Assembly (NCBI GenBank): GCA_047601445.1
Contig: JASGJH010000001.1
Span: 5,568,001-5,632,000, forward strand
Direction: 5' to 3'
DNA from: Myxococcales bacterium
GTDB lineage: Bacteria; Myxococcota_A; Polyangia; Polyangiales; DASUME01
Length of the DNA: 64,000 bases
Of this stretch, positions 50,892 through 60,943 are shown piece by piece. The notes below the pieces were generated by a model. That model was given only the letters and a program-made list of their open reading frames with translations, did no database searches and was not told the origin of the DNA. Each line of letters opens with the position of its first letter. The first letter of the stretch is position 1. Position numbers and translations under genes: made by a program.

Positions 50892-51128
50892 ATGTCGAAG
50901 GTATGTGAAGTCAGCGGCAAGAGCGCGATGCGTGGCCACAAGGTGTCCCACTCGAACCGCAAGGCCATCAAGTTCACCGAGCCGAACCTCCAGGAGAAGC
51001 GCTTCTGGTTCACCGGTGAGAGCCGCTGGATCAAGCTCCGCCTCTCGGTCGCTGCCATGCGCGAAATCGACAAGCGCGGCATCGACGCGGTGGTGCGCGA
51101 CCTGCGCGCCGCCGGCAAGAAGGTCTGA
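50892..51128 (+). CDS. rpmB: 50S ribosomal protein L28
   Basis: MSKVCEVSGK...GHKVSHSNRK...PNLQ.KRFW...IDKRGID; GGAG RBS. Confidence 0.95.
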   Translation: MSKVCEVSGKSAMRGHKVSHSNRKAIKFTEPNLQEKRFWFTGESRWIKLRLSVAAMREIDKRGIDAVVRDLRAAGKKV

Positions 51129-51224
51129 GCCCGCCAGGGGCTAGTTCGAGAGCCTTTGCGGCTCTCCGAGCGCCTGCCTGCGATTGCCCTACGCTTCCCA
51201 AAAGGGAAGCTGTAGAACGGCAAT

Positions 51225-51794
51225 ATGATCCTCTCCGATCGCGATATTCGAGCGCGGCTCCAGCAGGGTGACCTGAGCATCGAGCCGCTCGAAGACCCGG
51301 AGCTCCAGATCCAGCCGGCTAGCGTAGACCTGCGCCTCGACTCGAGGTTCATCGTCTACAAGCTGCCCCACGTGCCGGTCATCGACCCACGCAGCCCGGA
51401 GACCCTGGAGAGCTACACGAGCCCGGTGAGCATCGCCCCCGGCGAGCCCTTCGTGCTGCACCCCGGCGAGTTCGCCCTGGGCTCCACCATCGAGCGCGTG
51501 CGTATCCCGAACGATCTGGTGGCGCGGGTCGAAGGGCGCTCGAGCTTCGGGCGCTTGGCAGTGGTGGTACATGCCACCGCGGGCTTCGTCGATCCGGGCT
51601 TCGAGGGGCAAATCACGCTCGAGCTCTCGAACCTCGGGCGCTGCGCGGTGCTGCTGTATCCGGGTACGCGCATCAGCCAGCTGGTGCTGCAGACCATGAC
51701 CAGCCCAGCGGAGCGGCCCTATGGCACCGCGCGCGGCAGCAAGTATCAGGGCCAGATGGGCCCCGTGATGAGCCGTGTGAACCGGGACAAGTAG
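51225..51794 (+). CDS. dcd: dCTP deaminase
   Basis: [49 protein letters not shown]. Confidence 0.97.
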   Translation: MILSDRDIRARLQQGDLSIEPLEDPELQIQPASVDLRLDSRFIVYKLPHVPVIDPRSPETLESYTSPVSIAPGEPFVLHPGEFALGSTIERVRIPNDLVARVEGRSSFGRLAVVVHATAGFVDPGFEGQITLELSNLGRCAVLLYPGTRISQLVLQTMTSPAERPYGTARGSKYQGQMGPVMSRVNRDK

Positions 51795-51817
51795 GCTCGA
51801 CCGAGCATACTCCCTTC

Positions 51818-53068
51818 ATGTCCCAGCACGCCCGCATGCTCGTCGCGCTGCTCGTCGGTGCCGCCCTCGGCATCCTCTCCCGCTACGTGCTGCCCCCTCA
51901 TGTGCTCGCCGCGCTAGTGGACTACGTGGCGCAGCCCATCGGGCAGATCTTCCTGCGCCTGCTGTTCGTGCTCGTGGTCCCGCTTCTGTTCTCGGCGCTG
52001 GTGGTCGGCATCGCCGACCTCGACCTCAAGCACCTCGGCAAGCTGGGCAAACGCACCCTCCTCTACACCCTGAGCGTCTCCCTTATCTCGGTGGTCATCG
52101 GGATGGTCTTGGTGAACCTGGTGGGACCGGGACGCGGCATGGGGAGCGCCCTGGCCCAGCTCAAGGGCACTGCCCCGGTGGCGCCCGCCAGCAGCAGCCT
52201 GACCGACCTCTCCCCCACCGCGGTGATCGTGAACATGGTCCCCAAGAACGCGCTCGAGGCGGCGGCCACTGGCGACATGCTCGCGTTCATGGTGTTCGCG
52301 CTGATGTTCGGCATCGCGCTGGCCGTGACCCGCACCGAGAACACCCAGGTTCTGCGCTCGGCCATCGCAGGCATCTACGACGTTTGCATGACGTGGATCG
52401 AGGCCGTGCTGCGCATCGTGGCGCCCTTCGGCGTGGCGGCGCTGCTCTTCAGCATGACCAGTCGCATCGGCGCCTCGGTGCTCGCCCATGTGGCGGCCTA
52501 CGTGGCGGTGGTGGTCGGCGGGCTCGCGTTGCACAATTTCGGCGTCTACGCGCTGAGCGTGCGGTTCCTGGGCGGACTCTCGCCGATCACCTTCTTTCGC
52601 TCGGTGCGCGTGGCCATGTTGACGGCCTTCTCCACCGCATCGTCTAGCGCCACCCTGCCCACCGCCATTCACGTGGCCGAGACCGAACTCAAGCTGCCGA
52701 GCCACGTCGCGCGCTTCGTGCTCACGGCGGGTTCGGCCATGAACCAGAACGGCACGGCGCTATTCGAGGGCGTGACGGTACTCTTCTTGGCGCAGGTGGC
52801 CGGACTGGAGCTGCCCCTGGGCAAACAGCTCATCGTGATGCTGATCAGCGTCCTCGCGGGCGTGGGCACGGCCGGGGTTCCCGCCGGATCTATCCCTGTT
52901 ATCGCGATGATTCTCGGGTTGCTCGGGGTCCCTCCCGAGGGCCTGGGATTGATCATGGGCGTCGATCGGTTCCTGGATATGTGCCGCACCACGGTAAACG
53001 TCACAGGAGATCTCGCGGCGGCTGTCTATGTGGCCAAGGGCGAAAATGCCCAAAAAATGGAAGCTTAA
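51818..53068 (+). CDS. Dicarboxylate/amino acid:cation symporter (GltP-like)
   Basis: AFSTASSSATLP, MNQNGTALFEG, GTAGVP, GVDRFLDMCRTTVNVTGD. Confidence 0.95.
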   Translation: MSQHARMLVALLVGAALGILSRYVLPPHVLAALVDYVAQPIGQIFLRLLFVLVVPLLFSALVVGIADLDLKHLGKLGKRTLLYTLSVSLISVVIGMVLVNLVGPGRGMGSALAQLKGTAPVAPASSSLTDLSPTAVIVNMVPKNALEAAATGDMLAFMVFALMFGIALAVTRTENTQVLRSAIAGIYDVCMTWIEAVLRIVAPFGVAALLFSMTSRIGASVLAHVAAYVAVVVGGLALHNFGVYALSVRFLGGLSPITFFRSVRVAMLTAFSTASSSATLPTAIHVAETELKLPSHVARFVLTAGSAMNQNGTALFEGVTVLFLAQVAGLELPLGKQLIVMLISVLAGVGTAGVPAGSIPVIAMILGLLGVPPEGLGLIMGVDRFLDMCRTTVNVTGDLAAAVYVAKGENAQKMEA

Positions 53069-53144
53069 ACTTGTCAGCACCAGCGCCAGGTTGGATGGTT
53101 CGCTCGGCGCGTTCGCGCGCGGGGAACTTACCTGGGAGGGACGG

Positions 53145-53654
53145 ATGCTGAAGATCACCAAGATTGCCTGCCTATTGGCCCTGTGCACTGGGCTCGCCAT
53201 GGCCTGCGGGGATGACCCCGCGTCGAGCGGTAACACCGACGCCGGAGTCGGTGATGGTGATGGTGACGGTGACGGCGATGGCGATGGCGATGGTGACGGT
53301 GACGGCGATGGCGATGGTGACGGCGACGGTGATGGCGATGGTGACGGCGACGGTGATGGCGACACCGGCGGAGATGCCGGCACGGCCAGCGGCAAGGATT
53401 GCATCCTCGACGAGACCAATTGCGTCGTCGGCACCGGAGTCAGCCTGATCTGCAAGAAGCAGCTCGACGGCACCGTGGGCACTTGCTCGAAGAAGAACGT
53501 CGACGGCACCTGCGCCTACAAGGAAGGCACCATCAGCGCCACGCTCTACTACTACAAGACCTCCAAGGGAGAGGCCTGGTCGAACACCGACGGCGACACC
53601 GCGAAGGACGACTGCGAAGGCTTCTACGAGGGCAAGTACACCGCTGCCAAGTGA
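53145..53654 (+). CDS. Small Cys-containing lipoprotein with (GD)19 linker
   Basis: GGGAGG RBS; AMAC lipobox; GD tract; C-terminal domain shared with the next gene. Confidence 0.85.
   Translation: MLKITKIACLLALCTGLAMACGDDPASSGNTDAGVGDGDGDGDGDGDGDGDGDGDGDGDGDGDGDGDGDGDGDTGGDAGTASGKDCILDETNCVVGTGVSLICKKQLDGTVGTCSKKNVDGTCAYKEGTISATLYYYKTSKGEAWSNTDGDTAKDDCEGFYEGKYTAAK
53250..53363 (+). repeat. Hexanucleotide tandem repeat GGYGAY x19 (coding Gly-Asp)
   Basis: 114 bp of GGT/GGC-GAT/GAC. Confidence 0.95.
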
Positions 53655-53854
53655 GGCATCACCCACGGGTGATTTGCGGTCCAGGGTCGCTCTCGCAGTC
53701 GCGGAGCGGCCCTCTGCATTTAAGCGCAAGTCAGCGAAGAATGGCCGCTTTTTCTCGTGCGCATCGCGCGTCCCCACCCCGGGGTGATGGCATGAATGTT
53801 CTTCGCGAACACGCGTCGGCCGCGAGAACATCATTCAGCTCGGGAGGGCAACGC

Positions 53855-54205
53855 ATGCTCAAGTTCACGAAGATCACCTGTTTGTTCGCACTTTGCTCGG
53901 GCCTCGCCTTCGGTTGCGGCGACGGCGGCGATGACGGCAAAGGCAGCGAAGGCACCGTCGAAGGCTGCGCCAACAAGGATGACGACACCTGCAGCGAAGG
54001 CGCGAATCAGGGCCTCTTCTGTGAATCCTTCGGCGGCGTCAAGGGCCCCTGCTCCAAGGACAATCTCGAGGGAACCTGTGCCTACAAGGAAGACGACGGC
54101 ACGCCCACCACGATCTATTACTACAAGGGCGATCAATGGGACGACGACATGGCCAAGGGCGACTGCGAAGACGACTTCTACAAGGGCACCTACACCAACA
54201 AGTGA
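53855..54205 (+). CDS. Small Cys-containing lipoprotein, tandem paralog of 53145-53654
   Basis: MLKFTKITCL vs MLKITKIACL; CSKDNLEGTCAYKE vs CSKKNVDGTCAYKE; AKGDCEDDFYKGTYT vs AKDDCEGFYEGKYT. Confidence 0.88.
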   Translation: MLKFTKITCLFALCSGLAFGCGDGGDDGKGSEGTVEGCANKDDDTCSEGANQGLFCESFGGVKGPCSKDNLEGTCAYKEDDGTPTTIYYYKGDQWDDDMAKGDCEDDFYKGTYTNK

Positions 54206-54251
54206 ACGGCCCCGTTCACTCGCGCTGGCTCGGAGTAAGCTCCGGGCCAGT
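54201..54251. terminator. Two hairpins between convergent genes, possible terminator
   Basis: AGTGAACG-GCCC-CGTTCACT and CTGGCTCGGAG-TAAG-CTCCGGGCCAG; no clear U tract. Confidence 0.5.
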
Positions 54252-54265
54252 TCGCCTTTAACGGC

Positions 54266-55360
54266 TCAGGTGCTGCACGCCGTAAGCGCCTGCTCCACGA
54301 TGTGCACGCCTCGCGCGACCACCATCCGGCGCCAACTCGGCGAAGCCGGGGAGAACACCTCGCGCAGCTCGGCCCGCGCGCGGGCCAGGAGGCGCGGACG
54401 GTCGCTGGCATAGTGGTGGGAGCGGTTCTCGAAGCGCATCGCCGAGAGGACCCGCAAGGACGTATAGGTGCCGAATTCAGCGAGCAGCGTGTCGTACTGC
54501 ACGCCCTCGAAGCACTGCTCGAGCCAACGCCCGAGTCCGCCGCGGATCTCGTAGAGCACGCCCTTGGTGTCGAACCCCTGCACGAACTTGGCGCCGAACT
54601 CGCGGCTCAGCGCCGCCACGCGCGGGTGCTGCGCGGGCAGGTCCACGCACAGCGCATAACTGCCCCACTTGCCGAGGCCGGTGTGGAAGTCCACGTGCAG
54701 AACCCGCTCGGGCTTGCCGATCCAGCTGGGCCCGTGCTCCCGCCATAGCTCCTGGACTCTGCTGGGCGCGTGACCTCCGAAGAAGAGGCCCTGAGGGAAC
54801 TCGTATTGTCCGGTGGCCACCGCCGTCTTGAGCGCAGGAAAGCCACGCTTGAGCACTTCGCGCGCCGCCTTGAGCAAGAACGGCTCGAAGCGCGCAGGCG
54901 GGTTCTTGGGGTTCAAGAGCCCGTCGAGCTCCCGATAAGCCTCGGGGGCGCCGCTGAAGCTCGCGCCTTCCAGCAGGAAATTACGGTTCTGGTCGACGTT
55001 GTGCTCGTTCACGCGGCGCGACCAGGCGAACCCGAATGGGTTGTTGGCGTGCACCATGACCACCGCCACATGGGATGGCAGCGTCACGCGCGAGAACAGC
55101 CCCTCGAGCGCCGCGAGCTGCACGGCCGAGCCGAAGAAGCCCTCCACACCGTGGGTGCCGCTCGACACCACCAGCACACGACGCGCCTGCGCCGTGCCTT
55201 TTCTGGCCACGTCCAGTGTGAGATCAGTCCCATCTGGGGCCACCTGGCCGATGGCGTAGGCAGTGAGCTCGAAGCCCGCGTCGCGCGCGGCGTCGCGAAA
55301 GCGCGCGCGAGCTGTCGCGTAGTCGGGCGAGAACGTGAGCGCCGAGTCCCCAGTTGGCAC
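54266..55360 (-). CDS. M14-like zinc peptidase (DUF2817 type)
   Basis: FSPDYATARARF, SSGTHGVEGFFGS, HANNPFGF, RRVNEHNVDQNRNF, DFHTGLG, EFGT. Start uncertain. Confidence 0.9.
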   Translation of the reverse strand: MPTGDSALTFSPDYATARARFRDAARDAGFELTAYAIGQVAPDGTDLTLDVARKGTAQARRVLVVSSGTHGVEGFFGSAVQLAALEGLFSRVTLPSHVAVVMVHANNPFGFAWSRRVNEHNVDQNRNFLLEGASFSGAPEAYRELDGLLNPKNPPARFEPFLLKAAREVLKRGFPALKTAVATGQYEFPQGLFFGGHAPSRVQELWREHGPSWIGKPERVLHVDFHTGLGKWGSYALCVDLPAQHPRVAALSREFGAKFVQGFDTKGVLYEIRGGLGRWLEQCFEGVQYDTLLAEFGTYTSLRVLSAMRFENRSHHYASDRPRLLARARAELREVFSPASPSWRRMVVARGVHIVEQALTACST

Positions 55361-55520
55361 GCACAGAGTTTCCCCCGATCCGGTCTCTTCGCAAGCCTTT
55401 GTCGTGTGCCGACCCCACACTTCACGGACTACACTGCGCGGGCTCCGTGATGCGGACCCTCCGTATGGGGCGGGGCAGCGAGCGCTGGCGGGGGACAGGC
55501 TAGCGCGGGGGACTCGAGAC

Positions 55521-58496
55521 ATGGGCAATGGTGAGGACTCGTTTGCTGCACGCTGGAAGAAGCGCGCGGACCTGTTGGGGAGGGGCGCACAGAACGCCCT
55601 CGAGGTGGCGCGGCTCGGTCGCCTGACCCCGGCGCAACGCACGCCCTATTCGGTGGAGCACGAAGGGCGCATCTTCGAGCTGCGACGCTACGCGGCCCAA
55701 CCAAACCTGCAGTGGGTCGAGCATCCCATCCTCCTCGTGCCCGCCCTGATGGTGCGCTCGGACGTCTACGACCTGGAGCCCACCTCGAGCGTGGTGGCGT
55801 TCTTGGCGCGTGCCGGCGTGGACACCTGGCTCGTGGACTTCGGCGACCCGAGCAACGTGCAGGGCGGCCTCGAGCGCACGCAGGACGATCACGTGCGCGC
55901 GGTGAGCGAGTGCATCGAGACCATCCGCGAGCGCACCGGCAAGGAAGTGCACGTGGCGGGCTATTCGCAGGGCGGCATGCTGGCCTACCAGGTGTGCGCG
56001 CTGCGTCGCTCGGAGGGCATCAAGTCGCTGATCACGTTCGGCGCACTGGTGGACCTGCATGCTTCGTCGTTGCTCGATCCGGATCTGTTCGGGAAGGCGC
56101 TCGAGCTGTTGCGCAGTGGCCTCTTGCGTACGCTGGGCTCCATCGAGTCCTTGCCCGGCGGGCTCTCGAGTGCGCTGTTCAAGGTGCTCAACTGGGACAG
56201 GCGCGCGCTCGAGTTCCTGCAGTTCTTGGGCGATCTGCACGATCGGCGCGCCATCGAAGAGGGCGAGGGCAAGCGTCACTTCTTGGCGGGCGAGGGCTTC
56301 GTGGCCTGGCCCGGTCCGGCGGTGGCGCGCTTCGCGGACGAACTCTTGCTCGGGAACCGCCTGATGCAGGGTGGCTTCGTGATCGACGGGCGCGTTTGCT
56401 CGCTCGACGACATCACCTCGCCGCTGCTGTATTTCACCGGCGAGCGCGATACCATCGCCTCGCCGCGCTCGGTCAGCGCCATCGAGATGGCGGCGCCGCA
56501 CATCCGCGAGCTCTACAAGATCTCGGTGCCGAGCGGGCACATCGGGCTGGTGGTGAGTCGTAAGGCTTTCGAGGTCACCTGGCCCAGCGTGGTCGAGTGG
56601 CTGCGCTGGCGGGAAAGCTCGGGACCCAAGCCGGTGCATCTGGTAGGTCACGACAAGCGCGGCGGCATGGGCGGTGCGCTCAACGAGCTGTCCGATGGAA
56701 TCGAGCTCCTGCACGGAGCCTCCACGGGGGTCCTGACCACCCTGCGCGAGCGCATGCAGCAAGTCACGCGCTCGAGCCTGAGCTGGAGCGAGAACGTACG
56801 CTTTCAGGTGGCGCGTCTGGCCAAGCTGGAGCGCTTGACGCCTCACACGCGGGTGAGCTTCGGGCTCGCCCTCAAGGAGCAAGCCGAGCGCAACCCACAT
56901 GGCGCGTGGTTCATCTACGACGGGCGCGGACAGAGCTATGCCCAGGCCAACGAGCGTGTGGACCATGTGGTCAAGGGGCTGATCGCCTGCGGCATTCGCC
57001 CGCGCCAGCAGGTGGGCGTGCTGATGCTGAATCGCCCGAGCTACCTCTCCATCGTCACGGCGTTGAGCCGGCTAGGCGCCGTCTCAGTGCTGCTGAGTCC
57101 CAACGCCGAAACACACCAGCTCGAGAACATGATCAGCATGGTCCCGCTCGACGCCCTGGTGGCCGACCCCGACAACGTGCTGCGCGCGCGCCAGGCGTTT
57201 CGCGGCAAGGTGTTGATGCTGGGAGCGCCCAAGGGGCCGCGGCCCAAGCTGCAAGACTTCCTCGACATGGAGACCCTGGAGACCGACCGGGTCACCTTGC
57301 CGAACTGGTACCACGAGAACCCTGGCCGCGCCGAAGACCTGGCGATGATCATGTTCACCACGGGTCGCTTCGACGAGCCGCGCGCCGCACGCATCACGAA
57401 CCGACGTTGGGCGGTCGCAGCCTATGGCGCCGCCGCGGCGGCCTCGCTGAGTCCCAAGGACACCGTGTACGCCTGCACGCCGCTGCATCACGCTTCGGGC
57501 ATGTTGGTGGCTACCGGCGGTGCGCTGGTCGGGCGTGCCAGGCTCGCGCTCACGCAGAGCTTCGCGGCCGAGCGGTTCTGGCCCGAGGTGCGTCGCTACG
57601 GCGTCACCGTGGTGTTCTATGCCGGTGAGATGCTGCGGGAGCTCGTGGATGCGCCGAGCTACCGCGGAGAGCAACAGAACCCGCTGCGCCTGTTCGCGGG
57701 CAGCGGCATGCGGGCCGACATCTGGCGACGCCTGATCGCACGCTTCGGCAGCGTGGGTGTGCTCGAGTTCTACGCGTCCACCGAAGGCACCGGAGTGTTG
57801 GCCAACGTGGCGGGCGAGAAGATCGGCTCCCTCGGACGGCCCTTGCCCGGGGTCAACGACATGCTGCTCGTGGCCTTCGACTTCGAGCGCAAGCGTGCCA
57901 TCCGCGACAAGGAGGGTCTCTGCATGGAGGCCGCCATCGACGAACCCGGGCTCTTGCTCACGCGCATCGACACCGAGAAGGCCAAGACCACCTTCGACGG
58001 CTACGTCGACAGCGAAGAGACCGAAGGGCGCATCCGCCACGACGTGAGGGCGCGTGGCGACACCTGGTTCGTGACGGGCGACGTGATGTATCGAGACGGC
58101 CAGGGCGACTATTGGTTCCTCGATCGGCTGGGTGATGTGGTGCGCACGAGCTTCGGTCCCGTGTTCACGCGGCCGGTGGAAGACGCGCTCTACGACCTGA
58201 GCGAGGTGCGCTTGGCGGTGGTGTACGGCTCCAACGCCCAGGAAGGCGAGCAGACCATCGAGGCCGCCCTGCAGCTGCGCGAGGGTCGCTCTCTTTCCGC
58301 GGAAGCTCTGTATCGCCTGTGCGAGCAACGCCTCGAGCCCAACGCGCGCCCTGCGGTGGTGCACGTGGTCTCGGCCGTCCCCACCACGGAGGGGCATCGT
58401 CCGCTCAAAGGTGCGCTGCGCCAGGGCCTGAACGATGATCAGATTCTGGTGAGCTACCGCTACGACGAAGGCGAGCAACGCTATGTGCTCACCTAG
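55521..58496 (+). CDS. Alpha/beta-hydrolase (PhaC-like fold, Ser nucleophile) fused to long-chain acyl-CoA synthetase
   Basis: PILLVPAL...YDL, GYSQGG, GERD, GHIGLVVS; then FTTG, TPLHHASG, EFYASTEG, WFVTGD, DRLGD. Confidence 0.9.
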   Translation: MGNGEDSFAARWKKRADLLGRGAQNALEVARLGRLTPAQRTPYSVEHEGRIFELRRYAAQPNLQWVEHPILLVPALMVRSDVYDLEPTSSVVAFLARAGVDTWLVDFGDPSNVQGGLERTQDDHVRAVSECIETIRERTGKEVHVAGYSQGGMLAYQVCALRRSEGIKSLITFGALVDLHASSLLDPDLFGKALELLRSGLLRTLGSIESLPGGLSSALFKVLNWDRRALEFLQFLGDLHDRRAIEEGEGKRHFLAGEGFVAWPGPAVARFADELLLGNRLMQGGFVIDGRVCSLDDITSPLLYFTGERDTIASPRSVSAIEMAAPHIRELYKISVPSGHIGLVVSRKAFEVTWPSVVEWLRWRESSGPKPVHLVGHDKRGGMGGALNELSDGIELLHGASTGVLTTLRERMQQVTRSSLSWSENVRFQVARLAKLERLTPHTRVSFGLALKEQAERNPHGAWFIYDGRGQSYAQANERVDHVVKGLIACGIRPRQQVGVLMLNRPSYLSIVTALSRLGAVSVLLSPNAETHQLENMISMVPLDALVADPDNVLRARQAFRGKVLMLGAPKGPRPKLQDFLDMETLETDRVTLPNWYHENPGRAEDLAMIMFTTGRFDEPRAARITNRRWAVAAYGAAAAASLSPKDTVYACTPLHHASGMLVATGGALVGRARLALTQSFAAERFWPEVRRYGVTVVFYAGEMLRELVDAPSYRGEQQNPLRLFAGSGMRADIWRRLIARFGSVGVLEFYASTEGTGVLANVAGEKIGSLGRPLPGVNDMLLVAFDFERKRAIRDKEGLCMEAAIDEPGLLLTRIDTEKAKTTFDGYVDSEETEGRIRHDVRARGDTWFVTGDVMYRDGQGDYWFLDRLGDVVRTSFGPVFTRPVEDALYDLSEVRLAVVYGSNAQEGEQTIEAALQLREGRSLSAEALYRLCEQRLEPNARPAVVHVVSAVPTTEGHRPLKGALRQGLNDDQILVSYRYDEGEQRYVLT

Positions 58497-58541
58497 CAGC
58501 GCGCTGACTTTGTAAGCGCTCTGCTCGGGTATACTCCGCTC

Positions 58542-59615
58542 ATGTCGAAACCTCGCATGGGCCTCGTGGCGTACTGGAAGGGCTACGACCGCAAACGCTA
58601 CCTCAAGGTGGTTCAGCTCGCCGACGAGCTCGGCTACGAGTCCTTCTGGGTACCCGAAGCATGGGGCTACGACGTCTTCTCGTTGCTCACCGAGATGGCC
58701 CTCTGCACCAAGCGCATCAAGCTGTGCACCGGTATCGTCAATGTGTTCAGTCGCTCGCCAGGCCTACTGGCGATGAGCTCGGCCACGCTGCAGGAGATCA
58801 GTCAGGGACGCTTCGTGCTCGGCATCGGCACGAGTGGCGCGCGTGTCATCGAGGGCTTCCACGGACGTCCTTTCGACAAGCCGCTCACGCAGACCCGCGA
58901 AGTGCTCAAGGTGGTGCGCGGGCTGCTGCGCGGGGAGTCCCTCGATCGCGTGGGCGGGGAGCTCGCGCGCTATCGGCCCTTCACGTTGGCCATGGACGGC
59001 ACGCCCTACCACGTTCCCATCTACGTAGCGGCCCTGAAGCAAAAGGCCATCGAGAGCGTCGGGGAGCTGGCCGATGGCTGGATGCCCGCGTTCTGGCCCT
59101 TCCACGAATTCGGCCGCGGCATGGCGTGGCTGCGCACCGGAGCCGAACGAGCCGGTCGCGATCCTTCGAAGCTCGAGGTCGCGCCGCTCACCGCCGCGAT
59201 CCCGCTCGGGGACCGGGGTCGCGACATGGCCAAGGAGATCATCTCCTTCTACGTGGGCGGCATGGGCGACTTCTACCGCGAGCTGCTCAGCAGCTTGGGT
59301 TTCGAAGAAGAATGCACGCGCATCGCCGCCCTGTACGCCAACAAAGAGACGCGCTCCCAGGCCAAGGACGCCGTCCCCAACGACATGATCGATGCCATGA
59401 CGGTATCGGGCGATCCCCTGAGCTGTCGTCAGAAGCTGCTTTCGCTCTCGGACAAGGGCGTCACGCAACCGCTGCTCGGACTGCCTGCCGGCGCTTCTTG
59501 GCCGGCTCTTGCCGCCTATCTCCACGTGATGGCGCCGGGCCGTACGCCGAGCCTGGTGCAGCTGATGGCCAGCGGCGCGGTGCGCGCAGTGAGCGCCATC
59601 GAAGGCCGCGGCTGA
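58542..59615 (+). CDS. LLM class flavin/F420-dependent oxidoreductase
   Basis: [48 protein letters not shown]...GELADGW. Confidence 0.92.
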   Translation: MSKPRMGLVAYWKGYDRKRYLKVVQLADELGYESFWVPEAWGYDVFSLLTEMALCTKRIKLCTGIVNVFSRSPGLLAMSSATLQEISQGRFVLGIGTSGARVIEGFHGRPFDKPLTQTREVLKVVRGLLRGESLDRVGGELARYRPFTLAMDGTPYHVPIYVAALKQKAIESVGELADGWMPAFWPFHEFGRGMAWLRTGAERAGRDPSKLEVAPLTAAIPLGDRGRDMAKEIISFYVGGMGDFYRELLSSLGFEEECTRIAALYANKETRSQAKDAVPNDMIDAMTVSGDPLSCRQKLLSLSDKGVTQPLLGLPAGASWPALAAYLHVMAPGRTPSLVQLMASGAVRAVSAIEGRG

Positions 59616-59776
59616 CCCGAGCCGACGTTGCCATTCTTCGCTCGCGGGCGGCCCCGTCCGCTTCGACGAGATCACATCGAGCATCCGACGCATGCTGTCC
59701 CCACGTGGGTACCTGCGCCCGCTTCAGCGTGCATCGGCTGGCGCATGCGTGCGGATCTTGTGGCATCGTAGACACC

Positions 59777-60943
59777 ATGATCGTCACCCTCGAGAGCAAC
59801 GCGGAGCCCGACGCGGTGGAAGCGGTGATCCAGCTCGCGGCTCGCTATCCAGGCATCGAACCCAAGACCCATGTCTTTCGCGGTAAGGGAGAAGTCATCA
59901 CCGAAGTGCACCTGTTGGGCGCCACGCAACGCGTGCCCGTGGAGGCCTTCGAGGAGCTCGCCTGGGTGCGCAGCGTGGTCCGCGTCTCCAAGAAGTACCG
60001 GATCATCGGCCGCCACCAGGCCTTTCAGGATAGCCACAGCTTCGTCTACAACGGAGTCGCCTTCGACGACGACCACCTGCACCTGTTCGCTGGTCTGTGC
60101 GCGGTGGACACCAAGGAGCACGTCGCCGAGGTCATGAAGGCCCTGCAGCGTCACGGCATCGTGACCACGCGCATGGGTGCCTACAAGCCTCGCACCAGCC
60201 CCTACGATTTCCAGGGCCTGGGGGCCAGCTGTCTGCCGTGGGTATTCGAGCTCGCGGGCAAGTACGGCGTGAAGGTGATCGCCATGGAGGTCACCGACGG
60301 TCGCCACATCGAAGAGATCCAGCGCGCGCTCGCCGCCACCGGCAACGCCACCGGCGTAATGCTGCAGATCGGCACGCGCAACGCGCAGAACTTCGAGTTG
60401 CTCAAGGAGGTGGGGCAGCAAAAGGAGTTCCCCGTCCTGGTCAAGCGCGGCATGGGCATCACGCTCGAGGAGTCCCTCAATGCCGCCGAGTACATCGCCA
60501 GCGAAGGCAACCCGAACATCGTGTTCTGTTTGCGCGGCGTGAAGAGTCACCTCGGCGAACCCATGCGTAACTTGGTGGACTTCGCCCACGTGCCCGTGGT
60601 CCGCAAGCTCACGCGCCTCACCGTCTGCGTCGACCCATCCCACAGCGTCGGGCGCGCCGACGTGGCCCCAGACGGCATCCCCTACATTTTCCACGTGATC
60701 GGGCAGGGCATCGTGGCGGGAGCAACCAGCGTGCTGGTGGACTTCCACCCGCACCCAGAGACCGCCCTCTGCGACGGCCCGCAAGCGCTCACGCTCGACA
60801 TGCTGGGCCGACTGATGCGCTACAGCGATGCGATGCGCGAGGCCTACTTGAACGCGCAGAGCGTGTTCTCCGATCGCGTTACCCGGCCCTCGCTCCCGCT
60901 CGACGAACTGGGGCAGAAGCAAGGACAGACCGAGCTCAGCTAG
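59777..60943 (+). CDS. aroF: 3-deoxy-7-phosphoheptulonate (DAHP) synthase, class I-beta, with N-terminal regulatory domain
   Basis: AGLCAV, GAYKPRTSPYDFQGLG, QIGTRNAQNFELL, KRG, DPSH, CDGPQ. The ORF-track start 58661 is a spurious extension over the LLM gene. Confidence 0.9.
   Translation: MIVTLESNAEPDAVEAVIQLAARYPGIEPKTHVFRGKGEVITEVHLLGATQRVPVEAFEELAWVRSVVRVSKKYRIIGRHQAFQDSHSFVYNGVAFDDDHLHLFAGLCAVDTKEHVAEVMKALQRHGIVTTRMGAYKPRTSPYDFQGLGASCLPWVFELAGKYGVKVIAMEVTDGRHIEEIQRALAATGNATGVMLQIGTRNAQNFELLKEVGQQKEFPVLVKRGMGITLEESLNAAEYIASEGNPNIVFCLRGVKSHLGEPMRNLVDFAHVPVVRKLTRLTVCVDPSHSVGRADVAPDGIPYIFHVIGQGIVAGATSVLVDFHPHPETALCDGPQALTLDMLGRLMRYSDAMREAYLNAQSVFSDRVTRPSLPLDELGQKQGQTELS

Noticed and set aside
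55521..56800. PHA synthase PhaC
   Set aside because: The nucleophile is Ser (GYSQGG), not Cys; it is fused to an acyl-CoA synthetase and no pha genes are adjacent.
58542..59615. SsuD alkanesulfonate monooxygenase belonging to the sulfur regulon
   Set aside because: Motifs fit the generic F420-type LLM group, it is 24 kb from the sulfate operon and it has no palindrome upstream.
58661..59776. Apparent long N-terminal fusion on DAHP synthase
   Set aside because: Out-of-frame overlap with the LLM gene and Arg-rich noise; the real start is ATG 59777. The same applies to ORF-track extensions at 10473, 16456, 53399 and 9907.
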